Assembly: GCA_963716725.1 (NCBI GenBank)
Contig: CAVQUB010000003.1
Span: 237,978-301,977 of the forward strand
DNA length: 64,000 bases
Source: an uncultured delta proteobacterium
Lineage (GTDB): Bacteria; Myxococcota_A; Polyangia; Polyangiales; Polyangiaceae
Direction: 5' to 3'
Shown: piece by piece, positions 20,175-30,084 of the stretch
How positions within the stretch are numbered: the stretch's first letter is position 1
Layout of the letters: every line of letters starts with the position of its first letter
The notes under the pieces: model-generated
What the model saw: only the letters and a program-made list of their open reading frames with translations
Database searches by the model: none
What the model was told of the DNA's origin: nothing
Program-made: the position numbers and the translations under genes

Positions 20175-22361
20175 ATGCAACGACCCATCTCACGCGCCGT
20201 GACTTTGACAATCGGCCTCGCGATCTCCGCCGGCTGTGCCGGTCCCGCAAAGACGCTGAGCCTGGCCAACTACGTGGCCACATCCGGCGACGCGCCCGAG
20301 AGCTGGAAGAGCCTCGAGCCTGGGACCAACTTCTTGCTCTACGCGCCGGCCGGATCGTGTCCGGTCTCGATGGCGAGCTCGCTCGCTGAGCTCGAGCAAG
20401 GCAAGGGCGTACCCGTGGCGGGAACACCCGCAGGCACGAGCCTGAGCGTCCTCCAGATCAAGAACACCTACGTCCGCACGGGGAGCGACGCTTTCGCGGC
20501 CATCGAGGTGAGGGCCGGAGCCGGCGGCACCCATTGGCTCGCGCTCCCCGCGGGCGCGTCTCACGGCTGCCTGCAGCCCGTTCCCCCGGGGCTCGAGGCC
20601 GCGCGCCGGCTCGTGGGCACCCAACTCGCGTTCACCCCCTGGGCACCAACGTGCACGGAGGTGCAGGCGACGGGTCGCGCCCCCACCGCGATGTTGGTCG
20701 ACGCAGAGGGGGACTTGGTCTTCAAGGTCGACGGACTCGCACTCGGGCCCGCCAGCGCCCAGGCGAAGGCCGCGGGCAAGGTCGGCGACCGATTGTGGGC
20801 CAAGCTCGCCAGCGGCGCCCTCGAAGTTCGCGTCGACGTCTTGAGCAAGTGCTTCTCGGCGCCCGACTCCGAGCTGGCGGCGCGGCCGAAAGATCCGCTG
20901 AGCCAGCTACGGCTTCCGATCACGCGCTGCGAGGAGGACACGGACGACGACAAGCGCCATGTCGCTTGCAGGACGACGCTCGGACTCTGGGAGGGAGTGA
21001 TGAGCGACACCGCCGTCGAGCTCCGCGCCGTTCGCCGCACGCTCGGTGCGGTGCACTTCTTGGATGGGAAGCTCGTCGATGGAGGGCGTTACGCTCGGAC
21101 CATCGTCGCGCTGACGGTGGGGCAGGCACCCGACCCTCGGCGCCGGCAACTGTACGCTGCGCTCACCCCGGCGATGCAAAAGGCGATGGCCCGCGATGCG
21201 GGCGGCGTGCGCGTCACCGCCAGCGGCGCCTCCGACGCGACCTACAGGATCGGCGTCGAGCTCGCCGAGGTCAGCATCGGGGAACTCCAAACCTCCGAAG
21301 TGCCGCAAAGCACCAAGTACAAGGTGCGCGACGAGCAACGGCCGAACCCCGACAAACCCGCCGCTCGCGAGCGCGCTGCGAACGCTCGCGCGCAACTCTC
21401 GACCGCAGAATCGGAGTACCAGACTCGCAAACAAGACTTCGACCGGCTGAAGCGCGAGGCACGCGCCGAGTGCGATCGCATTGCCTCCGAGCAGAAAGAG
21501 GCCTGGGCACGCATCGCCGCCGGAACCGGCTGCGCCGCCGCCGACGCCATCATCCAGCCCAGCGACTCCGACGTTGTCTCGGCCCGCACCGAGCTCAGCA
21601 CCGCCGAGACCGCGCTGACGAACATGCCCGACACCATCACGGTGCCGATCATGGCGGACTGGCAGTACACCAAGAAGCTGTTCTCGCGGTCGGTCACCAG
21701 CACGCTCAGCATCTCGCTTCAGCCCGCGGACTCGCCCACGCCGAAGACCTTCCAGACCCCGCTCCAATACACCTGGCAGGACTACGAGGTGCAAGCTGAT
21801 GCCGCGCACAACGTCGAAGGTCATGCCGCCGATCGCGGCCCTATCGACAACGCTGAAGCGCTCGTGCCGTACATCGCCGCGGCGGCGAGCGCAGCGGTCG
21901 CGACACGCTTCCGCGCAGCCATGGCCGAGGCTCAGATCGAGGCGGCGCGGCGCGCCATGACGGCGGCTGGCGTCGAGGCGAGTAAGCCAGGCTACGAGAC
22001 CGTGGATGCCCTCGCTTACGACATGGTGGGCAAGCGCCTCGAGAAACCGCTGCTCCGCGGCAGCTCGACGCTCGGCGCCGGCAAGGCCGTGCCACTTCCG
22101 GCCGATGCGCTCAACCTGAGCGACGACCAATGCCTGTTGGTCGTCGCTGCCGGCACGGCCGAGTCGCCGCTGACCCTCGTGATCCGCACGCCGGACCGGA
22201 AGTTCGGAGACACTCGCGAGGGCGGCTTCGCGCTCCTGGAACTTTGCCATGCCGAGATCGGCGGCAAGCTCCCGACGCTGGAGCTGACCAGCAAGGCACC
22301 GGGCGGCGTGAAGTGGACGCTGTTTCGCACGCGAGTGGCTGCAACAGGAGGTGGATCGTGA
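20175..22361 (+). CDS. Large lipoprotein with internal coiled-coil hairpin, unknown function
   Basis: MQRPISRAVTLTIGLAISAGC lipobox; purine-rich RBS (gagggggag) upstream; helical segment ARERAANARAQ...ETALTNMP. Confidence 0.8.
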   Translation: MQRPISRAVTLTIGLAISAGCAGPAKTLSLANYVATSGDAPESWKSLEPGTNFLLYAPAGSCPVSMASSLAELEQGKGVPVAGTPAGTSLSVLQIKNTYVRTGSDAFAAIEVRAGAGGTHWLALPAGASHGCLQPVPPGLEAARRLVGTQLAFTPWAPTCTEVQATGRAPTAMLVDAEGDLVFKVDGLALGPASAQAKAAGKVGDRLWAKLASGALEVRVDVLSKCFSAPDSELAARPKDPLSQLRLPITRCEEDTDDDKRHVACRTTLGLWEGVMSDTAVELRAVRRTLGAVHFLDGKLVDGGRYARTIVALTVGQAPDPRRRQLYAALTPAMQKAMARDAGGVRVTASGASDATYRIGVELAEVSIGELQTSEVPQSTKYKVRDEQRPNPDKPAARERAANARAQLSTAESEYQTRKQDFDRLKREARAECDRIASEQKEAWARIAAGTGCAAADAIIQPSDSDVVSARTELSTAETALTNMPDTITVPIMADWQYTKKLFSRSVTSTLSISLQPADSPTPKTFQTPLQYTWQDYEVQADAAHNVEGHAADRGPIDNAEALVPYIAAAASAAVATRFRAAMAEAQIEAARRAMTAAGVEASKPGYETVDALAYDMVGKRLEKPLLRGSSTLGAGKAVPLPADALNLSDDQCLLVVAAGTAESPLTLVIRTPDRKFGDTREGGFALLELCHAEIGGKLPTLELTSKAPGGVKWTLFRTRVAATGGGS

Positions 22362-22771
22362 AACAGGCAGGCATCGTCGTGGCGGGGCTGTTGTTGCTCG
22401 GTTGCGAGGACTCGGGGCCAGTGCCGTTCACCGGTCCGGAGCTGTTTGGGACCGGCGCAGCGTCGGGCTCCGGCGGCAGCGGCGGCAAGAACACTGGCGG
22501 CTTCGGCGGTAGCAGTGGGGGCTCCGGCGGGAGCGGCGGCCACGCCGGCAGCGGTGGCGGATGCCTGGGTGGCCCGGGCACGCCGTGCGACTTCAAAAGT
22601 GACTGCTGCCAAGTGAGTACCTACGGCGACACCTGCGTTGGCGATCCCATCAACCAGTGCGCAGGCCTGTGCTACTCGAGCAGCGATTGTCCGAGCGACT
22701 GCTGCGTTGCGCTCCAAGATGAATCCTACGGAGCCTGCGTCTCCGTCTCGGGGTACACCTGCATGCCGTGA
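22358..22771 (+). CDS. Small Gly-rich/Cys-rich lipoprotein
   Basis: GTG start overlapping upstream stop, GGAGG RBS; VKQAGIVVAGLLLLGC; Cys-rich tip. Confidence 0.8.
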   Translation: MKQAGIVVAGLLLLGCEDSGPVPFTGPELFGTGAASGSGGSGGKNTGGFGGSSGGSGGSGGHAGSGGGCLGGPGTPCDFKSDCCQVSTYGDTCVGDPINQCAGLCYSSSDCPSDCCVALQDESYGACVSVSGYTCMP

Positions 22772-22820
22772 GCGCTCACGCCGTGCGTCTGACCCCTCGC
22801 CGACTCGTCCTGCTCGTGCT
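22542..22820. repeat. Direct repeat copy 1 (copy 2 at 25122..25403)
   Basis: 22666..22820 is identical to 25249..25403 (155 bp); the preceding ~125 bp are homologous but diverged. Confidence 0.95.
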
Positions 22821-22885
22821 TCAATCAGGGTAACCGTTCGGGGGTGGTGTTGAGCGCCTGATCAGAATCATGCGATTCGGGCGCC

Positions 22886-23175
22886 ATGAGCAACACCAAC
22901 AGCTCGCTGGACTTGGGCCAGTGCATCGAGAAGTTGATTCCGGAGCACCCGGCCGCAAGCCGGGTTTTCGCGCAAGAAAAGGTCGTGCGGGGATTCGCGG
23001 AGGCCTCGCGGCCGCCCCCCGGACCGGCGCGTCGGACGAAGAGCAGCCCGGGAAAGAAGCGCCCGTCGGCAGACATCGCCGCGCTCGGGGAGCAGTTCTA
23101 TAGAGCGGTCAGCGCCAAGCCCGGCGAGACGATGACCGTGCTGGGCGCTGAGGTCGGCGCGTCGGCTCGCGAGCT
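22886..23175 (+). pseudogene. Truncated small DNA-binding (winged-helix-like) protein
   Basis: MSNTNSSLDLGQCIEKLI...ADIAALGEQFYRAVSAKPGETMTVLGAEVGASAREL, then runs into antisense of the transposase fragment. Confidence 0.5.
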
Positions 23176-23410
23176 TGCGCTCCTTCTGCTTCGCCTTGTT
23201 CTTGTTACGGCGCTCTCGACGCTCGTCCGGCGAATCCGTGGCCGGAGGCAAGTGAGACTTGGTCGAGTTCTGTCCGATCTTCGCGCTGAGCTTGGCCACC
23301 TGCTTCATCAGCGACCCGACCTGCTGCTCGAGCTGGGCGATGCGCTCGTCACGGGCGCGAAGCTGGGCCTCCAGCTCCTCTATCCGCTCGCCTCGCCAGT
23401 CGCGCCCCAC
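23173..23410 (-). pseudogene. IS66 family transposase N-terminal fragment (DUF6444-like)
   Basis: Coiled coil ERIEELEAQLRARDERIAQLEQQV followed by IGQNSTKSHLPPATD (NSxNSxxPPSxD motif); no DDE domain. Confidence 0.75.
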
Positions 23411-23580
23411 GCGCAGCGGAGTGCCCGAGCGGGCGCCTCATAGAAAGCGCAAGATCGCCAATGCAGTGATCTCGATCACCTACGCGTCGCACGCAGCCCA
23501 GCCCTGAACGGTCACGTCGATTGTCGCCCAAGCGAGGATTGGCCTGCGTGATGTCGTGGCGGTGCGCCGATCAGTTCTGC

Positions 23581-24600
23581 TCAATCCGAGGGAGTCCATG
23601 CCGAAATGCGAAGGATTGCGCGCGACGGGGCGTCGGCTCGGGATCTCGCTAGGAAGAAGACGTCGTCCGAACCCGTGGCCACTTCGAGTGCGTTGCAGAG
23701 CTCCGACGCCCACACGACCCGCTGCGAAGTCTCCAGGTCGACGCGCACGATTTGTCCGTTGCACAGGCCTTTGCCCTCGTCCGTGAAGAACAGGGCTGGC
23801 CCAGCCGCGAAATTCAGCAGCGCGCCGATGCCGACGTTTGTCGCCAGGACGCTCGGGAATCCGTCGTCCTCGGCGGTGCGACGAATATCCGACTGCAGGC
23901 CGTAGCCGGATGCCCAGTACACGAAACCATCGTGTACGGCGAGCGTGACCAACGACGCGTCGGTCGGCGCCAGCTCGCTGGCGGTCGTCCCGGAAAGCGG
24001 GACACGGTCGATGCGACTGGGGCCCTGGAAGTACACGTACGCGTCGGACGCCGCCAGCGTATGGTCGTGAGCGGACGACAGGATGGTCTCTGGCTGACCA
24101 CCGGCCACCGGGATGCGCCGCAGCCGATTCACGTCCGTGAACCACACGTACCCGCCGGCGGCGACGAGCCGGTGGGGCGCGCTCGCATCGAGCTCAGCCA
24201 GGGTCGAGACCTCGCCTCCCGCGGTCGAGACGCGGCGAATCCACCCGGTGTTGTCGAAGCACTCGAGGCAGCCCTTCTCGCGCTCGGTGAAGAAGACGTC
24301 GGACTCCGTGACGAAGAGGTCGCCCAACGACCACTGCTGCCCGAGCTCCGCGACAACGCTCCGTGCGCGCGTTTGGCAATCGATGCGAACCACCCGACTG
24401 CCATGCTTCGTCAAGTCCAATGCGTGGACGAAGACGCCCGAGGAGTTGGTGCGAAGATAGCCCACGAAAGCCTCGTCGCTCGGATCGAAGACCAGGTCCG
24501 GCTGGGTTCCGCCGTCGCTCGTCGAACCATCGGACGGGTCGCCACAGGCGGGGAGACCGAGGACAAGCGCAGTCAGCAATGCGACAATGGTTCCTCGCAC
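23581..24600 (-). CDS. Beta-propeller lipoprotein (DUF5050/YWTD-like repeats)
   Basis: VRGTIVALLTALVLGLPAC; repeats such as LAASDAYVYF, LAVHDGFVYW, IRRVSTAGG. Confidence 0.78.
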   Translation of the reverse strand: MRGTIVALLTALVLGLPACGDPSDGSTSDGGTQPDLVFDPSDEAFVGYLRTNSSGVFVHALDLTKHGSRVVRIDCQTRARSVVAELGQQWSLGDLFVTESDVFFTEREKGCLECFDNTGWIRRVSTAGGEVSTLAELDASAPHRLVAAGGYVWFTDVNRLRRIPVAGGQPETILSSAHDHTLAASDAYVYFQGPSRIDRVPLSGTTASELAPTDASLVTLAVHDGFVYWASGYGLQSDIRRTAEDDGFPSVLATNVGIGALLNFAAGPALFFTDEGKGLCNGQIVRVDLETSQRVVWASELCNALEVATGSDDVFFLARSRADAPSRAILRISAWTPSD

Positions 24601-25121
24601 TCGAGGAAGGGTCCCTCGTAACGCGGCGTCGCGCAAGGCGCGAACGAGGCAATCCGGGTGTCGCGCCGCTCGGACCTCGAGCTGGTGCTGGGGTGCGTAG
24701 GAAGAACGAACTGCTAGAAGCCTGGGGGGCTGGCTGGGCACTAGTTGCCGCTGCTGACCGTGCCTGCGAGGCAGCATGCGCCAGCGCGCGTGGACCAGCG
24801 CCTCGGCGAGGCGCGCGACGGAACCTCACCCCTGCCCGAACCCCAACACCAACTGCTCGGGCACATTGACCTTCGCGCGCTCGGCCCGCGGCGCTCGCGG
24901 CCCGAGACCGCCCCCCGTCGGAGCGGCTGCGGAACACCCGAAGGGTGTGGGACTTCCCAGGGTCGTCGATGGCGAGTTCGGGCGGCGTGTCGTCGCCGAA
25001 CTCACGCAGCACAGCCGCAAAGCCCCGGGGGATTCGTTCGCCCACAGGCGGCGAAGTGGCGAAGTCAGGTGGCGATCACCACCCGGGGCGCGCTTTTCTC
25101 TCAGCGCAGACTATGCCGGCT

Positions 25122-25403
25122 ACGCCGGCAGCGGAGGTGGGACTTGCCTGGGCGGTCCGGGAACGCCCTGCACGGACGAGAGCCAGTGCTGCCAGGTGGA
25201 CACGAACGGCGACACCTGCGTTGGCGGTCCCATCAACCAGTGCGCGGCCCTGTGCTACTCGAGCAGCGATTGTCCGAGCGACTGCTGCGTTGCGCTCCAA
25301 GATGAATCCTACGGAGCCTGCGTCTCCGTCTCGGGGTACACCTGCATGCCGTGAGCGCTCACGCCGTGCGTCTGACCCCTCGCCGACTCGTCCTGCTCGT
25401 GCT
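25122..25403 (+). repeat. Direct repeat copy 2: orphan Cys-rich tip lacking signal peptide, plus start of next gene
   Basis: Encodes AGSGGGTCLGGPGTPCTDESQCCQVDTNGDTC...YTCMP-stop with no lipoprotein leader upstream. Confidence 0.9.
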
Positions 25404-25845
25404 GCTCGGCGGCGCGCTGCTCGCGCCGCTGGTGGTCGGACGACAGCCGCGCGAGGCCCTCGAGCCGCCACCCGTCGCCAGCGAGGCCTACCCCAACGCG
25501 TGGCCCACTCCTCCTCCCGCAGACGTCGCGGCGCTCTTCGGTGGGCTCGGCCCGGGGGCAGCGCTCACCCCACGCTGGCGCGTGCGCGGCATCAGCCCGG
25601 TGCACGAGCAGCGCATCGTGCTCGACGTCGCCAGCGGCGACCTGGGCTTCCGGGTCGCGGTGAAATTGAAGGAACGTGACGAACGGGTGCCGCCCAAGCG
25701 CACCGCGCGCTACGCGCTCTACACCATCCAGCCACGTCCGAGCGCGGAGCAGATCCAAGACTCGGACTACGCGGAGGTGCTCACGGCGCTGGCTGCGATC
25801 TTGACCGACCGTGAAGGAAAGGCTCCGGTGCCCGCGGGTCTGTAG
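25351..25845 (+). CDS. Membrane-anchored hypothetical protein
   Basis: GTG start overlapping stop of Cys-rich tip; RRLVLLVLLGGALLAPLVVG TM; small beta-rich domain. Confidence 0.75.
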   Translation: MSAHAVRLTPRRLVLLVLLGGALLAPLVVGRQPREALEPPPVASEAYPNAWPTPPPADVAALFGGLGPGAALTPRWRVRGISPVHEQRIVLDVASGDLGFRVAVKLKERDERVPPKRTARYALYTIQPRPSAEQIQDSDYAEVLTALAAILTDREGKAPVPAGL

Positions 25846-25881
25846 CTCTCGTTGTCGCTTGGGCTCCGCGCTCAGCTGACC

Positions 25882-28800
25882 TCAACCCTGCTCGCCGTCG
25901 TTCATCTCGGGAGCACCGCCGAAGCGCACGTAGAGCGCAGGCAAGGCTAGGAGAGTGACCAGCGACGCGGTCACCAGGCCCCCGATCACGACCGTCGCGA
26001 GCGGGCGCTGCACCTCGGCGCCGGACCCCGTCGCGACGGCCATCGGGATGAAGCCAAACGCCGCCACCATGGCGGTGACCAGCACCGGCCGCACGCGCTC
26101 CTCCGCCGCCCCGAGCACCGCGGCCCGGGGCTCTTCGCCCTGAAGCTGTCGGTTGCGCACCGAGGCGAGCAGCACCACGCCGTTCAAGGTCGCGACGCCG
26201 AAGAGCGCGAGGAAGCCCACCGCGGCGCTCACGCTGAGATCGAGCCCCCGCAGCGCCAGCGCGACGAACCCTCCCGTGGCCGCGGCGGGCACGTTGACGA
26301 AGATGAGCAACGCCGGACGAATCGATCCGAACGCCAGGTAGAGCAGCACCAGCACCGCGGCCAAAGTCAGCGGCACCACCACGGCCAGCCGCGCGGTCGC
26401 GCTAGCGAGGTTCTCGTACTCGCCGCCATATTCCAGATAGTAGCCCGACGGCAGCTTCACCTTGGCGAGGCGTGCGCGAAGCTCCTGGACGAAGCCCGCC
26501 AGATCGCGACCGCGCACGTTCACTTCGATGAGCACTCGACGTCGACCCTGTTCGCGGCTCACTTGCGCCGGCCCGTCCGAATGCGACACCGCGACGACGT
26601 CGCCGAGCAACACCGATCGGCCGTCGGCGAGCGGCACCCGCACACGTTGAATGGGCCCGTCGTCGGCCGCGGGCACGTTGGCCGATCGGAGCACCACGTC
26701 GAAGCGACGCTCTCCCTCGATCAAGTGACCTGCGTGGCGTCCGGTCCTCAGCGTCTCGATGAACTCCGTGAGCTCTGCCGACTTGACCCCGCGACGCCCC
26801 AGCTCGCGAGTGTCCGGGGTGAGCGTCAACATGCCGAGGCCGCTCATCGGCTCGACGCGCACGTCGGCCGCCCCGCGCGTGCCGCTGATGACCTGCGACA
26901 GCTCCTCTGCGAACTTGCGCAGCTTGCCGAGATCGTCACCAAAAAGCTTCACGCCCACGTCGGCCTTCACGCCACCGATCAGCTCGTCGACGCGCATCTC
27001 GATGGGCTGCGTGAAGCCAAAGGCGGCGCCGGGCAGCGCCTTGTTGAGCTCGGGGCCGAGCACCTCGGCAAATCCCGCCGCGTCCTTGGCCGTCACCCAC
27101 TCGGCGCGGGGCTTCAGGATCACGAGCACGTCGCTCTGCTCCGGACCCATCACGTCGGTGGCGACGTCGGGGCTACCGGTGCGGCTCACGACGCGCTCGA
27201 CCTCGGGATAGCGGCGCAGCACCTGCTCGACGACGGTGGTGCCGCGCGAGGCTTCGGCGAGCGTGACGCTGGGCGGCCGCGTCACCTGAATGGCGAGGTC
27301 GCCCTCTTCGAGGCGCGGCACGAACTCCGCACCGCGTGTGGCCGCCACCGCCGCGCCCAGCAGGATCAGCGTGACGACGGCGCCGGCGGCGAGCTTCCAA
27401 CGATCGACGAGCAGCGTGACCAGCGGGCGATAGACGCGCTTCATCCAACGAACGATCCGCGGATCTTCGTGGTGGGCGCCCGTGAGCACGAGCCCTCCGA
27501 TGGCCGGGACCCAAGTGAAGGTGAGCACCAGCGCGACGCCGAGCGCAAACAGCACCGTGAGCGCCATGGGGCGAAACATCTTGCCTTCGACACCCTCGAG
27601 CAGCAGCACCGGCACATAGACGATGGCGATGATGAGCACGGCCATGGTCACCGCCCGTCCCATCTCGCCGGCGACCCGCCCCATGGCTTGTTTGCCCGTC
27701 AGGCGATGCGCCGCCATGGCGGCGAGCGCGCCTTCGACCACGACGACGGAGCCGTCGACCACCAGCCCAAAGTCGATGGCCCCGAGGCTGAGCAGGTTGC
27801 CGCTCACACCGAAGTAACGCATCAACGCGAAGGCGCCGAGCATCGACAGCGGAATCACCGATGCGACCAAGAGCCCGGCCCGCAGATTGCCGAGCATGAT
27901 CAGCAGCACAATGGCCACGATCACGCCGCCCTCGAGCAGGTTCTTCTTCACCGTGCCCAGCACTTCGTCGACGAAGGCGGAGCGATCGTAGAAGGGCTCG
28001 ACCACCACGCCCTCGGGCAGACTGCCCTCGATCTCCGACAAGCGCTCCTTGACCCGGGCGACGACCTGATGCGCGTTGCCGCCGGCGATCATCTGCACCA
28101 TCGTGTAGACGGTCTCGCCTTCACCGTCAGCCGTCGCTGCCGCGAAACGCGGGGCCTTGCCGTCCACGACGTCCGCCACGTCCTGCACGAGCACTGCGCG
28201 AGTCACGCCCTCGTGCTCCCGCGTCGCCACGACCTGACGCGCCACGTCCTCGCGCGTGTGGTACGAGGCCTCGGCGCGAACGAAGGTGCCCTCTTCGCTG
28301 CGCTCCACGAAGCCCGCGCTGACGTTCCTGCCCGCGCCCAGCACCGCCTCTTCGACCATCTGAGTCGTGACGCCGTTGGCGAGCAGCGAGCGTTCTCGCA
28401 GACGCACCTCGACCTGCCGCGTATCGCCTCCCCACGAGTTGACCTCGACCACGCCTGGCACCGAACGCAGTCGGTAGGCGATGTCCCAATCCAAGAGCGT
28501 GCGGATCTCGCCCAGCGAGTGACCGGGCCAACGCACGGTGAAGTGGTAGACCTCGCCCAGGCTGGTGGTCAGTGGTCCGAGCTCCGGTCGCCCCGCGCCC
28601 GCGGGGATCACCTCGCGCGCCGCCGGCAGCCGCTGGGCCACCAACTCCCTCGCGGTGGCCAGATCGGTGTCGTCGTCGAAGACCAAGGTGACGGCGCTGA
28701 CGCCAGAGCGCGAGATGGAGCGGATGCGGGCGACGTGCGGCACGCCCGTCATCGCCAGCTCGACGGGCTGCGTGACGAGCCGCTCGACCTCGGTCGGTGA

Positions 28801-28968
28801 GAGTCCGGGTGCGCTGGTCAGGACCTGGACCTGCACGTTGGTCAGGTCGGGAACCGCGTCAATGGGCAAGGTCTGGTAGCTCCGCACACCGATCACGATC
28901 AGCGCGATGGCGCCCAAGATGGTCAGCAGCGGGTACTGAACGACGAGACGTGCGAGGCGCCCGATCAT
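25882..28968 (-). CDS. czcA: CzcA/CusA family heavy-metal RND efflux transporter
   Basis: LPIDAVPDLTNVQVQV, SLGAIDFGLVVDG, EGKMFRPMA, GAEVQRPLATVVIGG; 1028 aa. Confidence 0.95.
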   Translation of the reverse strand: MIGRLARLVVQYPLLTILGAIALIVIGVRSYQTLPIDAVPDLTNVQVQVLTSAPGLSPTEVERLVTQPVELAMTGVPHVARIRSISRSGVSAVTLVFDDDTDLATARELVAQRLPAAREVIPAGAGRPELGPLTTSLGEVYHFTVRWPGHSLGEIRTLLDWDIAYRLRSVPGVVEVNSWGGDTRQVEVRLRERSLLANGVTTQMVEEAVLGAGRNVSAGFVERSEEGTFVRAEASYHTREDVARQVVATREHEGVTRAVLVQDVADVVDGKAPRFAAATADGEGETVYTMVQMIAGGNAHQVVARVKERLSEIEGSLPEGVVVEPFYDRSAFVDEVLGTVKKNLLEGGVIVAIVLLIMLGNLRAGLLVASVIPLSMLGAFALMRYFGVSGNLLSLGAIDFGLVVDGSVVVVEGALAAMAAHRLTGKQAMGRVAGEMGRAVTMAVLIIAIVYVPVLLLEGVEGKMFRPMALTVLFALGVALVLTFTWVPAIGGLVLTGAHHEDPRIVRWMKRVYRPLVTLLVDRWKLAAGAVVTLILLGAAVAATRGAEFVPRLEEGDLAIQVTRPPSVTLAEASRGTTVVEQVLRRYPEVERVVSRTGSPDVATDVMGPEQSDVLVILKPRAEWVTAKDAAGFAEVLGPELNKALPGAAFGFTQPIEMRVDELIGGVKADVGVKLFGDDLGKLRKFAEELSQVISGTRGAADVRVEPMSGLGMLTLTPDTRELGRRGVKSAELTEFIETLRTGRHAGHLIEGERRFDVVLRSANVPAADDGPIQRVRVPLADGRSVLLGDVVAVSHSDGPAQVSREQGRRRVLIEVNVRGRDLAGFVQELRARLAKVKLPSGYYLEYGGEYENLASATARLAVVVPLTLAAVLVLLYLAFGSIRPALLIFVNVPAAATGGFVALALRGLDLSVSAAVGFLALFGVATLNGVVLLASVRNRQLQGEEPRAAVLGAAEERVRPVLVTAMVAAFGFIPMAVATGSGAEVQRPLATVVIGGLVTASLVTLLALPALYVRFGGAPEMNDGEQG

Positions 28969-28971
28969 CGC

Positions 28972-30084
28972 CTACTCCAGCCGCGAGCGCATCAGCTCGC
29001 CCTTCAAGAGCAGCGCTCCTCGCTCGACCACTCGCTCGCCAACCTGGACTCCGTCGTCGAGGAAGACTCGTGGTCCCGCGTACTCGGCGACGCGCACGCT
29101 CCGCGCTTCGAAGCGGCCGACTCCCTCTACGGCGACGAAGACCATCGGCACTTCATCGACGCTGACCACGGCGTCCCGAGGCAGCGAGATCAGCTGTTTG
29201 TCCCCGGCCGACGCGCGCTCGATGGCCACGTCCACGAAGGCGCCGGCGTGAAGCTCCCCGCAATTGGCGCCGAGGCGGATACGGAAGGGCACCGTGCGCG
29301 TCTTGTCGTCCACATGCGGCGCGTGGGATTCGACCTTGGCCTCGCAGGCAAGGGGCTTGCCCGCCACCGAGAGCGTCGCGCTCGCCCCTTCGGGGACCAG
29401 GTCAGCGTCGTTCTCGGCCACGTCGGCCCGCGCCAGCAGGCGACTGGTGTCGACCAGACGGAAGAGCGGCGCCGTGGCCTCGACGGGCGCACCCACCACG
29501 CCGTTCACCGCGACGATGGTGCCGTCGATGGGCGCCCGGAGCACCAGCGCGGCACCGCCCGCAGCGCCGTAGCTGCGCAGGAGCGCACCCGCGGCCTGCT
29601 CGTCAGCGCGCGCCGTGTCCACTTCGCTCTTCGCGTCGGACAGCGCGCGTTCGCTGGTGGCCTTCTCGGCCATCAGCTTCTGTTCCTGCGAGAGCACGCG
29701 TTCGGAGTGGACTCGACGCGCTTTGGCGCGAGCCAGATCCGCTCGCACGCGTGCGATCTCGCCCGCGGCGAGCACGGCGAGCTTGTCGCCCTTCTTCACG
29801 TGGTCGCCGCGGCGCACTGCGATCTCTTTCACCCGCGCCGTGATGGGCGAGGTGACGGCGGCCTCGCCGTCCGGCGGCGCCTCGATCTGACCGGTGGCGA
29901 CGACAAAGCCTCCGACTGGCCGCTTCTCGGCAGAAATCACCGCGATGCGACCGCTGACGATCACGCTCTCGTCGACCACGAGGACACGCTTCTCGGGCTC
30001 ACTGGTGGCCTGGACGGCTTCGGGCTCCTGCTTGGAGCAAGCCACGAGCAAGAGCACCACCAGCGGCAACAGAGACTTGGTCAT
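28972..30084 (-). CDS. czcB: RND efflux periplasmic adaptor (CzcB-like), lipoprotein
   Basis: LLVAC lipobox; lipoyl/hairpin motifs GDHVKKGDKL, LRAPIDGTI; gene order C-B-A. Confidence 0.9.
   Translation of the reverse strand: MTKSLLPLVVLLLVACSKQEPEAVQATSEPEKRVLVVDESVIVSGRIAVISAEKRPVGGFVVATGQIEAPPDGEAAVTSPITARVKEIAVRRGDHVKKGDKLAVLAAGEIARVRADLARAKARRVHSERVLSQEQKLMAEKATSERALSDAKSEVDTARADEQAAGALLRSYGAAGGAALVLRAPIDGTIVAVNGVVGAPVEATAPLFRLVDTSRLLARADVAENDADLVPEGASATLSVAGKPLACEAKVESHAPHVDDKTRTVPFRIRLGANCGELHAGAFVDVAIERASAGDKQLISLPRDAVVSVDEVPMVFVAVEGVGRFEARSVRVAEYAGPRVFLDDGVQVGERVVERGALLLKGELMRSRLE

Larger units (their letters stand above)
22830..23515. mobile_element. Internally deleted IS66-like element
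   Basis: Imperfect terminal inverted repeats gtaaccgttcgggggtgg / gtgaccgttcagggctgg (15/18); contains transposase N-terminal fragment; no target-site duplication visible. Confidence 0.65.

Noticed and set aside
24700..25110. Additional transposase or gene remnant
   Set aside because: Short fragments (e.g. VPEQLVLGFG) but no diagnostic motif in any frame
22542..25403. Diversity-generating retroelement (TR/VR pair)
   Set aside because: Differences are not adenine-specific (G/C and T/C synonymous swaps, a 3-nt indel) and no reverse transcriptase is in the window
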